The translations under genes and the position numbers were made by a program. Positions 1 to 13,022 of a stretch of DNA of 64,000 nt are shown here, piece after piece. The notes under the pieces were generated by a model. It was given only the letters and a program-made list of their open reading frames with translations, ran no database searches and was not told where the DNA came from. Source of the DNA: the human T2T-CHM13v2.0 reference genome, Homo sapiens. The stretch is from NCBI RefSeq assembly GCF_009914755.1, contig NC_060928.1; one strand, written 5' to 3'. Position 1 is the stretch's first letter; every line of letters starts with the position of its first letter.

Positions 1-209
1 CATTCCTCACTGCTACGCTTTGATTCATCTCTTAAGTGGCCTGATTTCATTTTTAAGTGATTTTTTCCCAGTAAGAGCTCGAGGGTGCAATATTTCCTGA
101 GTTCTATGAGTTATTTAAGAATATCTGCCTGTCGTCCTATTCTTGAACAACATCTTGGTTATAACTGATATTACTGAATCACAATTTCCTCCAAAAAATG
201 TAGATATTG

Positions 210-552
<343 letters not shown>

Positions 553-834
553 TCAGTCTTCTTGTCTCCTGCTTCTGTGACTTACTTATTCTTCCGGGAT
601 GCCTGAAGAGCTCATTATTTTTCTTGGAAGTTCAGCAACGAAACCAGGATATGTCTCCACATTGCATGCCCTCTCTGCTTAGGGGCTCTCCATTAAATTG
701 TTTTGAAGCAGAGCTAGTTCTGTTAATCTGCAGAGTCATGAATTTTTTATTTCATTATATCTTTGAATATTTTTTCTGTTCTATTTGCTGAGTTCTCCAC
801 TTCAAAGACTTCAGTTATGCACTGATAACACACA

Positions 835-1748
835 CATTTATATCTTTAAGCCAGAGCATTTCTCAAAATTCCAGAATTGTACATCTAACCACCTCCCGTA
901 TCTTCACTTGAATTATGTGCAAATTTAACACACCCAAATCCAGACTTTGGCTCCCATCGCAAACCTGCTACTACCAGAATCTCCCCAGTTTCATAAATGG
1001 GGGCTTTAACCTTCCAAATTCTAAGGCCAAAACCTTTGCAGTTACCCTTGGTTCCTCTCCTTCTTTCAGACTCCATATCTGATCCTACAAATCTTCTGAT
1101 CTCTCCCTTCAATAGATCCAGAATCTGACTGCTTCTCACCAACCTCCCCTTGGCCCTGCTCTATCCCACCATCATCTCTTGCTTCATTTACTGCAACAAT
1201 CTCCAAATTGCTCTCTCCGCACACCCCCTCACTTCACAACAGTCTCATCTCAACAATTCATCCACAGTGACCCTGTCCTTTTCCGTTCAAAGCATTCTAT
1301 GGAATTCATACCCAATCCCTGCCACGGCCTACAAGGCAATGCTCATCTGGCCCCTTCCACTTCTCTGGCCTCATCTCCTAGCACCTTCCCCATTCTCTGT
1401 TCCCTTCGCAATGGCCCCCATGAAGCTCCCAAATGTATCAGGCATGTTCTCACCCAGGCCTTTGCATTTGCGTTCCTTTTTCCTGGAACTCACTTTCCCT
1501 AAATAACCTCGGTCTGGTTCCCTCACTTCATTCAGGTCTCACCTCCAGAGTTGCCCCATGAAGCCTTCTCTGAACATCCTGTATAAAATAGCTACAGCCC
1601 CACCACTGCCCTCTCCAATTTTCCTTTGCTTTCTGTTTCTCCTTGTTGCTTATCACCATGTGACATGTTGGCCTGTTTATGTTTATTGTCTGTAAACTCA
1701 TTGATGTCACAGATGGACTCTATAATATTTGCTAAATGAATTGAATAA
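835..1748 (+). mobile_element. L2 (L2a-like) 3' fragment
   Basis: C/T-rich L2 3' body (ctactgcaacaatctcc, ggcctttgcatttgc) ending in aaatgaattgaat. Boundaries approximate. Confidence 0.75.
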
Positions 1749-2727
1749 TTGTTAGATTTATCTTTTTCTGCCCTATCAGCAGTTACTTTTCTTGGTCTTT
1801 TTAATCCACCTTCATTGGTACTGTTTTCAAGCCTTTTTGTATTTTCAATAATTAAATTTTCAGCAATGTCTCTTCCCTTCTTTAGTTTTTTAATTTTATT
1901 TTTTAGTTCTGTACTGAAAGCATGTTATTCTACCATTTTTCTTCCATAGGGCGGCAATGTCCCTCTGCATCGTGTTCTATTGCTTTAGTAGCTCATCTTT
2001 GAGCATTTGTTTTTATTGAATTCACACTCTCACCCAGTTGCTCAATAACTAGAAACACATGGAGAATTGCCTTTGGTTCCTTGGGTTATGTTTTCTTCTA
2101 GACTGAATTCTCTATGTTTTGGATGAAATTTTCTTTTTCTTTACTTTTTCTTGTGGTTTATTTCTATAGTTGTCACACTCTTTTTTTAAATTCTTTTCTT
2201 TTTTTTCATCTTGCTCTTACTGACTAGTTCTTAAAAGTGCTTCTCTTTGTTCCAGTGTGACTTTTAAGACTAATAATTTCTTCCTCAACATGCATTTTTG
2301 AGGATAGCTACTATGTGTTCCTTTTGGCGTATCTTTTCAGGATGGTGATGGTTGGAGGAGAGGGTCAGGGAAGCTCAGCTGACCAAAGTGCAAGATTCTA
2401 TTAGATGTGACACCCTTGGGATCCCTGGCGGCTCCTCTCTCTTCTGACACTGTGTTAAATGCCCTCTTCCAGTGTTTACTTACTTGGGGGGCCTGGGGGA
2501 ATTAAGCTATTCCCAGCAGGGAGAGGACTGCCTCTGGCTTCATTGCTTTGATTCAGCATGGAGCCTCAGAGTCCTCACTGCATCAGAGCATATCACTCTT
2601 TGGGACCTCTTTGCCTTCCATTTGTCATTAGACTTGTCCTTGCAGCTTTTCTCACTGTTCCAATTATAAGAAGAAAAATACATTAAGTTTGCTTCTCTCC
2701 AGGTTTGGATGGTCTGTGTGAATATTC

Positions 2728-3127
2728 TTATAGAAGTTGCTAGGGCTGCCATAACAAAATACCACAGACTGGCTGGCTAAAATAACAGAAATGTATTGGT
2801 TAACATTTCTGGAGCCTGGAAGTTCAAGATCTCAAGGCCAGCAGGTTGGTTTCTCCTGAAGCCTCTCTTCTTAGCTTGTAGATGGCCGACTTCTTGCCAT
2901 GTCCTCAGATGGCCTTTCTTCTGTGCTTATATCCCTGGAGTCTATTCGTCCTCCTCTAAGGATACGAGTCTTAGTATATTAGGGATCTCACCCTAATAGC
3001 CTCATCTTAACCTAATCATCTCTTTAAATACCTTCTCTCCAAAAATAGTCACATTCTGAGGCACTGAGAGTTGGGGGGGCTTCAACATATGAATGTGAAG
3101 GAAGAGGTTACAATTCAGCCTGTAACA
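2728..3127 (-). mobile_element. MaLR solo LTR, MLT1B-like
   Basis: agggctgccataacaaaataccacagactgg ... ttcaacatatgaat ... acaattcagcctgtaaca is the reverse complement of the MLT1A/B-type LTR. Confidence 0.85.
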
Positions 3128-4289
3128 ATTCTCAACATGTAGTTGACTTCCTGGTTACCATGCCTGGGGTGAGAGCTCCTTTAGGGGCCTCCCCAAGGTC
3201 CTCCCTGCACCCAGCTGTGCTCCTGTGCTTCTCTTTTTATTCTCCTGGATTCACGTCATTGGGCCATGATTGAATTGCTTTGACTATCTGTTCATTTTGT
3301 TAGGAACCTATGGTGAGTGCAGAAGAAGACCGGGCATGGACAGCTCTGATTCAACAGATTTGTTTTCTGTTATGAATCCACTTTGAGCACACTCTAAGGA
3401 CCAGGCATAAGGTTGTTGTGCTAGGCTCTGGGCCACCACTTTAAGAGGGTAGCACATCCTGAGCCCTATTGCCCATACTTCCTGCCTGTCTTCTTCTCTC
3501 CCCAGCCTGATTATGACCTCCTGGGGGGAAATGGTCTCATCTTTCTTCCTCTGATCTGCCGCTGTCTAGCCCAGCTCTTTGCCTGAAGTTGGGGATATTC
3601 AATAAAAATCAATTAGAAAAAAGAAATGGACATGAGAACTCTAAAAGATACTGTCACTGTGTTATTTGTTCTTAGCCCCAAAGAAAGAAAGAAAAAAACC
3701 TGCCCAGTTTTCTTCTGATTTCAAAGAAGGGGTCAAGAAAAGAAAGACTCACATCTGGCCAAGTTTTAACTATGAACATTTTGCATAATCAGTTAGAAAC
3801 CCTTTGTTAGCAGGCCAGATGGTTGCTACACCCCAAAAGGAAATTAAGTACGTAGGCAGTGGCAGTTGACGGGAGAAATTAGAAATTCCTTTCTAAAGAG
3901 AAAGGACTTCATCTGGAGCGGGCTGGTAGGTGTGGTTAATAGTGGCCATTGGTTTCCAAGCAACCAAGCCCTTTCCCTTTCAGAAATATTTCAGCACCCA
4001 ATCTTTAAAGGATTGCCACAGATACTGGAGGATGCACCCACCACCCATAATGCCTTTCAGAAGAACTGGAAAAGCCCAGACCAATAAAGATAGGCCAACC
4101 CAGCCTACCTGCTGCCACCGATATCCCCATCAATGGGATTACCCCTTGCACATTTGATCATGAGTCCTTTGCCTAGACAGGCTACAGTGTCCAAGATTCA
4201 GAACTCTGAAATTATTCTTGACACATAAAGGGTTTCTAAGGCAAATCCAGCATACTTTTCTGCCCATAATTCAGAGTGTACACTCATCA

Positions 4290-4852
4290 CACTTTTTCAA
4301 CCTTCAACATCCTGGATTATTGCAGCCACTCCCTGACTGATCTCCTGCTGCTAAGCCATTCTCCCTCCAGTCTATCCTGCTCATGCAGCTGGAGTCATCT
4401 TTGCAAAAGGAAATTCTATTCATTTCTGTCTCACAAGACCTTTTGTGATATGGCTTTTGCTTAAATCCCCAGCCCTTTCATTCTTCCATATGCAACCTTT
4501 GCTTAGGACAGATTATACTATTCATAGTCCCTTGGATACTAGGTGGTTTCCCATCTCTGTGACACAGGACATGCTTTTCCTTCTGCAAGTTACACCCTAA
4601 CCTAAACTTCTAAAATTGCTCAATTCCTCTGGGAAATGTCTCCTCACTCTCTTTCTATGCCTACTCTACTTCATGTTTCCCCTCTTTGCTCCTACAGAAC
4701 TCTGGGTTTACATCTGTCTTAACACTAAGAAAGATGTACTCTTATTTATCTGTGTTCCCAACTTGATGTCACTTTTCCCCAAATTCTCCTTACCGAGCAC
4801 AGGGTCTAGTACAAATTAGATGCTGAGTAACTCCATTGAATGAATGAGTAAA
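4290..4852 (+). mobile_element. Old L2 fragment
   Basis: ctggattattgcagccactccctgact ... ends tgaatgaatgagt, typical L2 3' end. Confidence 0.6.
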
Positions 4853-5645
4853 TAATGAAGTAGTCAGTACGACTTGGCTCCTTCCTAAAGTTTCTCATAT
4901 ATGTTTCTGGGTTTTCTCTAGACTAGAATTCTGCTTTTATGAGAAGTCAGCTGAATGCTATGGAAAGGAGTATAGAGAGTGGCTTAAAAGTTTCAGGCAA
5001 GTTCACACCAAAACTTGCATTCTAACCTCCCTGAACCTGTGGTCTAGAAGGGACCTATCAGCAAGATGATAACCAAAAATGTCTAGAATCTGAGATTGTT
5101 CTAAAAAACCTAAGATATTACCTGAAATAATCTCTTATCTAATAGAAGAGTGGCCTCTTTATAAATGATTCCAGAGATGTGTTTTAACCGCCTTCCATAT
5201 CCTTGAGCCCAGGACCCACTCAGGGGACCCATTCTGTTCTTCAGCATGTCTAATTAAAGTCTTAACAAAACAGTTTCTATCTTATTATAAAATCCAGTCA
5301 GTTTCTCTGCATTAGTCACAGTTCTTTGCAGGTGAGGTGCATATCTCCTTCCCAGTTGGCTGAAATCTGCTTCCATATGTCTTCCACATATTGGCTTGAA
5401 CTTTGGCTTTTGTAGCAGCCCAAAGAGGATTCATTTCTTCCTTGTTACTCTTAAAAGACTAGAAGGCTGAATTCATGTTCTCTCTTGGGCTGTTGTTCTT
5501 TAGGATGAATTCTTTGGGTTCCTTCAACTGCTCCTCATGAGATATAGCTTTCAGATATTTCCTCATCTTATCACCAGACTTTATATTTTTATCACAGGTA
5601 TCCTGCCCAATCAACAAGAAATTACCAAACTCCAATTGTCAAGAC

Positions 5646-6077
5646 TGTAAAGGTCTGAGATTTTACACTCATTGCAAGTTAACAACTTAACCTGCCAAAG
5701 TTTTATGGATGCTGGCAGAAGATACAAGACTCCTGGGTCACAAACAAGGACAAAACAGCCACAGCAATAGCTGAAATATCACCAATGTTTGTGCCAGCTC
5801 CCCAAGCCTCAATTCCCACAGAGAGATGTGAAGAGGACCAGGTAACACCTGCACAGTGGATTGCATTATAGACGAAGGGCATTGAGTTTAAGGAATTCCA
5901 TCTATTATGAAGATTGGGCAACCCTGCCCAACCTTTCTCCTAAAGGGAGACATTATCTTTATCTTCCAAGGCTCTTTGCTGTACAAACTTACTCAAAAAG
6001 ATAATTCAGAAAAGGTTTCCAATACCCCTACTCACAGGATGTGCAGAAGTGTGAGAGCTCCATGGAGAACACCAGCA
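5646..6077 (-). mobile_element. ERVL-type solo LTR, LTR40-like
   Basis: tgtaaaggtctgagattttacactc...ggatgctggcagaagatacaagactcctgggtca and terminal gtgcagaagtgtgagagctccatggagaa resemble LTR40 as remembered. Subfamily uncertain. Confidence 0.6.
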
Positions 6078-6621
6078 TTCAGGAGATGAAACAGTTCTTT
6101 GGCTATTAAGTGGACCATACAACAGAGACAAATTGGAAACAGCTCTGGTCTCTGGAAACAATAGCATGAGCATCATCTTCAGGTTCATGGAGCAAAAAGA
6201 CCACCTCAGAAAAGCTGTGGTCTTGAGTTACGGAGGCAGCAGACAGTGGGCTTATATCCACTCATTTATTATTTATGTGCGCTTCTCCTTCCTCTATTTA
6301 AGTGTCTATTTAGTAAAACAGGGGTCAGAAACCATGGGATGCCCTTGGGAGTGAATTCTGCGTCCCATGTGGCTAGTGGCACTTTTATTTATTGCTTTAA
6401 TTATGCTTATTGTATCCAGCCCACAAGACCAAGCAAAGGGCATGTGTCCATGAAAAGTGAGTTTATTATGGAAATTTTTAGTGACTTTTTATGAACATAA
6501 CAGTCTAGAGCTAGCTTAATCCTAGGCAGAACAGTCATGAAATATGACAACAGTTTTGTCAGAATTTTCAGGTCCATTCAGTTTTTTATACATCTGTGGA
6601 TTTGAGAATAACTTGGGTTTT

Positions 6622-6800
6622 ATTCATTGATTCATTCAACAAATGGATATTGAACTGTATCAGGTACTACGTGAAGTGCTAAAGATAGAGCAATGAAAAA
6701 GACAAAGCCCTTAACCACTCACATGGAGATTACATCCTAGTGTGGGAGACATAAAACTAACAGGTAATTACATAGAGAAATAATCTCAGGTAGAACGGGT
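6622..6800 (-). mobile_element. L2 3' end fragment
   Basis: ttcattgattcattcaacaaat...gattacatcctagtgtgggagac. Confidence 0.7.
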
Positions 6801-6803
6801 CTG

Positions 6804-8075
6804 GAGAGTGATGCCAGCAAGATGGCAGGATAGGAGTTTCTAGTGCTTATCCAATTGCAGAAACATTAACTTGAACAACTATGCATGCATAAAAGCAACT
6901 TCATAAGAGTTAAGAAATCCAGGTGAGAGATTATATTATCCAAATGTAGCACAGAAATAAGAAAAACATTGAAGATGATAGGAAGGACAATTTCACATTA
7001 CCCACTTCACCTCTTCCCTTCCCCAAGCTCACACAGCACAGTGTGGTGAGAGATGCCTTCCAAGTGGGGGAAGGAGAACAAACTGAGCACCCAACTTCAC
7101 TGTGGACCCAGCACCAGCCCTGCCAGTGACTCATGGTACCAAACTGACCACTGTGAACCAGGCTTCAGGCCCACCCCAGGGCCAAGCTGGCCCCTAAGGC
7201 CCCAAGCTCCAAGGCAATCCCTGCAGACCCGGGCACCAGTCTAGCCCCACCAACCCAGACTATAGGCCCACTCTAGCACCAGGCTGGCCACCATAGTGTG
7301 AGGTTCCTGGCCCACCCTATTGCCAGGCCATCCCCTACTGACCCAAACCCCCAAGCCAACCCCATGGACCCAGACAACAGACTGACCCTCAGATACCTAG
7401 CTTCCAGACCAGCCTCTGCAGACCTAAACTCTAGAACTATTCCAGTACCAGACCAGGCTTGGAATCCCCACATGCCAGAATGGCACCCACGGACCAATGC
7501 TCCAGGCCCACTCCAGTGGACCTCATCACTAGGCTGACCCCTGAGTACCCAGGCTCTATGCCCACCCTCATGGACTCAGGCACTAAACCAGCTCACCTTA
7601 AGAAACATAGCTGCAAGCCCACCCACAGACTCTGCCATCCAGCCCACCCAGAGTCTCTGGATGGGCTGGCTGGTGAAGGACTTTCGTTGCCAAAACTAGT
7701 CTGTAAAGATTGGAAGAGGTGCCTACTCCTTCTAACACAGAGATAACAATACAAGGCCATAAGGATCACAAATAGTCAAGGAAACATGCCCCCACCAAAA
7801 CTAACAAACAAACAAAAAATAAATAAATAAAGCACTGGTAACCAAACCTGAAGAAATGGAGAATACCTAACAAAGAATTAAATATGATCAACCTGAAGCT
7901 CAGTGAGCTATAGAGAATGCAGATATGCACCTATATGAAGTCAGAGAAACTATATATAAATAAAATGAGAAGTTTAACAAAGAGATAGAAACCATAAAAA
8001 AGAACCAAACGGAAATTCTGGAGTTGAAGAACACAATCACTGACCTGAAAATTTCCACAGAGAACTTCAACAGCC
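6804..8075 (+). mobile_element. Old LINE-1 5' fragment (5'UTR with degenerate tandem units plus start of ORF1), L1M-type
   Basis: Starts ...cagcaagatggcaggatagg (L1 5' caagatggc motif). C-rich repeated accaggc/ccaggccca units at about 7150-7640, then ORF1-like aaagaaccaaacggaaattctggagttgaagaacacaat. Confidence 0.8.
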
Positions 8076-8627
8076 TAATAATATATTTGGCAGAGTGAAT
8101 TAATGAATGAATGCATGAATATCCTAAGTTTACATATATTCTTTATCAGCAATAAGCATTTGAATACATTCCTCTGGCTCACTATAGCAGCTGCTATAAT
8201 CATACTGAAAACATTTACTTCTAGTACTCTCAGAATATAATACAATAAGTTGTTTTAAAGCTACAATGCATTAATCAACCAGATTTCAAAATTTCACACT
8301 GCTACTATCCTCTAATAATTTCAGAATCATTGGAAACAATCTTATTGTCTCCCCTTTTCTTCCTGGGCTCACAAATAGTGATACCAAGAATGATTTTGCA
8401 TTTTATGGTCTGAAAACCCCACTTAACAGGAGTTAGCAGACCTTGAAATCCCTAAAGAAATATAACCCTTCCTTAGGTATAATTGGTCTTTACAGAGAAC
8501 TCAAATCTTTGGTGTCTTTATAAGTGTTTAAAATAAAACTCAAAGTCCTTAGCCAATGTAGCTCACAGTAGAGTATGTTAAATAGTTGAATGGAATACTC
8601 CTGAGTTACTGCTGCTGGAACAATGTG

Positions 8628-9078
8628 TAATGTTTATTTTAATTTGGGTCTTCTCAGAAACAGAACTAGAGACAAGAATTTGAGTAAGACATTTATTTGG
8701 AATGTGCTGGGAACCCCAGTAGGGGACCAGGGGAAATCATACAAGGAAGAGAAGGCAGTTGATAAAGGGTGTGCTATTAAGCCAATTACCCTGGTGGGTG
8801 GCTAGAACTTCATCCCAGGGAAAACTCTGGGAAGTGATGCAAAACACACTCTTCACAAATATCCCCCTCAAAAAGTGAGGCACCTGGGGTATGTATACAG
8901 CCATACAAGTGTCATTGATTCAAGGTGGCTTAGGAATTGTTAATCTCCAAATACTGCATACTTGCCTCTTGCTCCTATAGGTACACTTAGAAGGAGAATG
9001 GTAAAGGTCCTAGACACAGAGATGCATACACTGGCAGGCAGGATGTATAGATAAGACACTGACAGTGTCTGCTGTAGG
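8628..9078. mobile_element. Old ERVL-type LTR (LTR16/LTR33-like)
   Basis: gggtcttctcagaaacagaactagagacaagaatttgagt...tttatttgg motif. Family assignment tentative. Confidence 0.5.
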
Positions 9079-9238
9079 CACTTACTCAGCAAGTCTCCTT
9101 CTTGCCTCTGAACAATATGGAGGTCCATGTTAAGCTCACATCTCAATGAGCTCTCCTGCCTAACAAATAAGAACAAATGTTCACCCTCCTCAGCCTTACT
9201 TGATAGTGGACTCAGATAAGATCCAGCACTCAGGTTAC

Positions 9239-10258
9239 TGTTGCAGGAAGTCAGGGACCCCAAATGGAGGGACCGGCTGGAGCCGTGGCAGAGGAACATA
9301 AATTGCCAAGATTTCATGGACATTTATCAGTTCCCAAATAAAACTTTTATAATTTCTTATGCTCGTCTTTACTTTAATCTCTTAATCCTGTTATCTTCAT
9401 AAGCTGAGGATGTACATCACCTCAGGACCACTGTGATGATTGTGTTAACTGTACAAATTGATTGTAAAACATGTGTGTTTGAACCATATGAAATCAGTGC
9501 ACCTTGAAAAAAAACAGAATAACAGCAATTTTTAGGGAACAAGGGAAGACAACCATAAGGTGTGACTCCCTGTGGGGTCAGGCAAAAAAAGCCATATTTT
9601 TCTTCTTGTAGAGAGCCTATAAACAGTCGTGCAAGTGGGGAAGGTATCACTAAATTCTTTTCCTAGCAAGGAATATTGATATTAATACCCTGGGGAAGGA
9701 ATGCTTTCCTGGGGGGAGGTCTATAAATGGCTGCTCTGGGAATGTCTGTCTTGTGCAGTTGAGATAAGGACTGAGATATGCCCTGGTCTCCTGCAGTACC
9801 CTCAGGCTAACTAGGGTGGGGAAAAACTCCACCCTGGTAAATTTGTGGTCAGAATGGTTCTCTGCTCTCGAATCCTGTTTTCTGTTGTTTAAGATGTTTA
9901 TCAAGACAATATGTGCACCACTGAACATAGACCCTTATCAGTGGTTCTGCTTTTGCCCTTTGCCCTGTGATCTTTGTTAGACCCTTATTAGGAGTTCTGC
10001 TTTTTGTCCTTTAAGCATGTGATCTTTGTACCTACTCCCTGTTCTTACACCCCCTCCCCTTTTGAAACCCTTAATAAAAACTTGCTGGGCTGAGACTCAG
10101 GCGGGCATCACAGTACTACTGATATGTGATGTCACCCCCAGTGGCCCAGCTGTAAAATTTTTCTCCTTGTACTGTCTCTTTTTATTTCTCAGCCGGCCAA
10201 CACTTATGGAAAATAGAAAGAACCTATGTTGAAATATTGGGGGTGGGTTCCCCTAATA
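9239..10258 (+). mobile_element. MER11A solo LTR (HERV-K HML-8 / HERVK11)
   Basis: Begins tgttgcaggaagtcagggacccc, ends tattgggggtgggttcccctaata. Perfect 6-bp TSD GGTTAC (9233-9238 / 10259-10264). AATAAA near 10073. Confidence 0.93.
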
Positions 10259-10420
10259 GGTTACAAAGAGGGCAACAGCATGAAGCAAAAAAACAAAAGC
10301 CTTCTTCAGAGTTGGAAAAATAAGCAAACAAACAAAGAGTAGGCACTTATAATTTTACAGAGCATATCAAAGACAAGCAAAACTGAAATAAATAAATAAA
10401 TAAACTGATGAAGACTGCTT

Positions 10421-10722
10421 AGCTAAGTGCAGTGGCTCATGCCTGTAATCTCAGCACTTTGAGAGGCCAAGGTGGGAGGACTGCTTCAGGTCAGGAGTTA
10501 GAGACCAGACTGAGTAACATAGTGAGACCCTATTTCTATCAAAAAATAAATAAATAAATTAGCCAGGCATGGTGGCCCTTGCCTATAGTCCCAGCTACCC
10601 AGGAGGCTGAGGCTGGAGGGTCACTTGAGCCCAGGAATTCACATTTACAGTGAGTTATGATCATGCCACTGCACTTCAGCCTGGGTGACAGAGCAAAACC
10701 CTGTCTCAAAAAAAAAAAAAAA
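10421..10722 (+). mobile_element. Alu SINE, AluJ lineage
   Basis: J-type diagnostics (ggaggactgctt, aacatagtgagaccc, cttgagcccagg, gtgagttatgatc) and an A-tail. Confidence 0.92.
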
Positions 10723-11181
10723 AGACACTGATTACAGTGAACAGTGATTAATCACTAGAAGTAATGACTGAGAAAAAAAAATAAGTGGGACGAGGCAATA
10801 TAGGGCATTCACCTGGAAATCAAATGGAAGGAGAAAAAGGCTGAGAATCCAGGCCTGGATAAGAGATGCTTTATTTGTCCAGCTGGATTTGGGTTATCTT
10901 TAGTTCCTTGCAGAAAAGGACCTGGATATTGATATTAGAACATCACTGTGTTCGTGGCTGTTGTAAGCATTTCTGTCTAATCACCTGTATAGTATCTCTT
11001 TCCAGAGTAAAGGATTAGTCTTGCTCAACTAATCCTTTTATCATCTTTAAAAAATCCTGGAGTAAAGAACCTATCAAGATATTGCTGTATTCAGATATCG
11101 AGCCTGGGAGGGCACTATTTGATTTTTGCTAGGTCAAAACTCTAGCACCCAGAAGGTACAAACCACGAAAGCACCTTTTAA

Positions 11182-11183
<2 letters not shown>

Positions 11184-11215
<32 letters not shown>
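11184..11215. repeat. (AC)16 microsatellite
   Basis: Directly visible. Confidence 0.97.
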
Positions 11216-11217
<2 letters not shown>

Positions 11218-12784
11218 ATTTCTGCTGGGCATGCTGGCTGCATGTCACAAAATGTCTCCTGAACAGCAGGAATTTTAATTAAATCAGGGGAGATCTAATT
11301 TGGCCTAAATTGGCTTGCTACAAAAGGTGCTAAGGAGAACACAAATTGTTCTGCAATATGGATGTTTGTGAAAGGGTTGGGCTGTATCCATTGACAATGG
11401 TAATGCAAAGTGATGTGGAAAATATGAAGCCCACTGAAGATGCTAGAAAGCCTGAGAATGCTAATCTGTGATAAGCTGATTACAGAAGAAAATATATTAC
11501 ATGCATGAACTCCTGGAACTAAATTCATCTGAAGGTACAACCAACATTGAAGGCTGATCTCTGGTAGCCCTCAAAGAAAATAAGGGAGAAAGATGAGGGA
11601 AAGAGAAGTATAAACCACTATTATGGTGTAGACTGGAATAGGAAGTGGAAGAGTATCACTGCTTGGACAGAGATAATGATAAGTATCATATTCCTTCATG
11701 CTTTCAAGAGAAGAAGACCTTTGATAGCAGGAATGAAAGAATGACCAAGCAGAACTGGACAGGTCTAACAAAAGAATAAGAGGGTGAGAAATGTGAGGAC
11801 ACCAGCAATAAAGTTGTTGAAGTTGCATGCCATGGGATTTAGACTGAATGAAGAAAGAAAAGTATTGGAAAGGGCATGGCGGGCCATGTGGCAGAGGAAG
11901 TTTGAAAGTACAGCAGTCTTGATGTGGTTAAAAATCAGAAGCATTGTAAGGAAGTGAGTAAGCTGAAAGGAGGGAAATTTAGGTCATTGTGGGGTATGGA
12001 AATTTACATTCTTTAGGTTTAGGATTCCTGGCAATAACCATGGGTGTAGGTGGTTGAAGGGGAGTAAGTGTAAGAATCATGGGAGTCACAGAGAAAAAGG
12101 AGCTTGGAGGTCTGGCTGTTGGGTGACTCATCTACATAGATGCTGCCCATGATAATTGAAGGAACTGGGGTGGAGACAAAAATAGCTATGCAATTGCCAA
12201 AGGCTTCAGTGTGCAAGAGGAAGAAGCCAAGAGTTAAGCAATTAAAGGCAATGAGAAGTAGTAAAGAGTGGTATAGATGAGTGTCATTAGCCTCAAAGGA
12301 AGAGGGCTTTTATGCCCACAAAGATGAAAGGGTAATGGTCCGGAAGCAGCTGGGAGAACTTCTCCCATGCTTAGGTCTCCATGAGATGTGAAGTCTGGGA
12401 CAAAACCCAGGTCCAGCTGCTATTTAGGTAAAGTGATGTTCCCCAGTTGTGTTCTGTACAACGGTAGCTTGCCCAGATGTTACAGATGAACAACCAAATA
12501 GTGTAAAATAAAGGTTTCATGATTATATGCATTTAAGAAATATTGCACAGTAAACCTTCTTCTGGAAGCATCATAATACAAACTAAAATATTAGAGCAAT
12601 ACTGTGCAGTAGAATCATATTTTACCATAATCTTTTCATCTATACTTGACTACTAAAGCATTGCTCTGGGGGGATACCTAGTAACACCACAACATAGGTA
12701 TCCTGTAGAGAATGGGGAAAGCTAAGTTAACATAAGAAAAAAAAAAAGAGGCTTCCATAAAAGGTAAAGAGGTTGAAGATAGAG

Positions 12785-13022
12785 AGGTATAGTGTGGGGT
12801 CTAGAGGAGCCTGGCTGGTTTTAAATCCCTGATCAGGTACTTCCCAGCTCTATAACCTTGTGAAAACTGCCTCAGTTTACTTATCTGTAGAAGAAGGAGG
12901 AGGAGGAGGATAAGAACACATGTCATAGGGTGGTGATAAGGATGAAGTTAATTGACACAGGAATGCCTAGAAAAACACCAGGTACATGATATGTGCCCCA
13001 CAAATGAAAGCTGTTATTATTG
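12785..13022 (+). mobile_element. MIR SINE
   Basis: Core gcctcagtttacttatctgta and 3' end aaatgaaagctgttattatt. Confidence 0.75.

Noticed and set aside
1150-1506. Overlapping 118-aa and 107-aa ORFs
   Set aside because: Both are within the L2 remnant, where C/T-rich composition suppresses stop codons.
7150-7640. Pro-rich ORFs and degenerate tandem units
   Set aside because: Explained by the repetitive 5'UTR of an old L1.
11009-11038. 11-bp-arm hairpin followed by Ts, terminator-like
   Set aside because: Intrinsic terminators are not relevant in human DNA, and the arm length is within chance range for AT-rich sequence.
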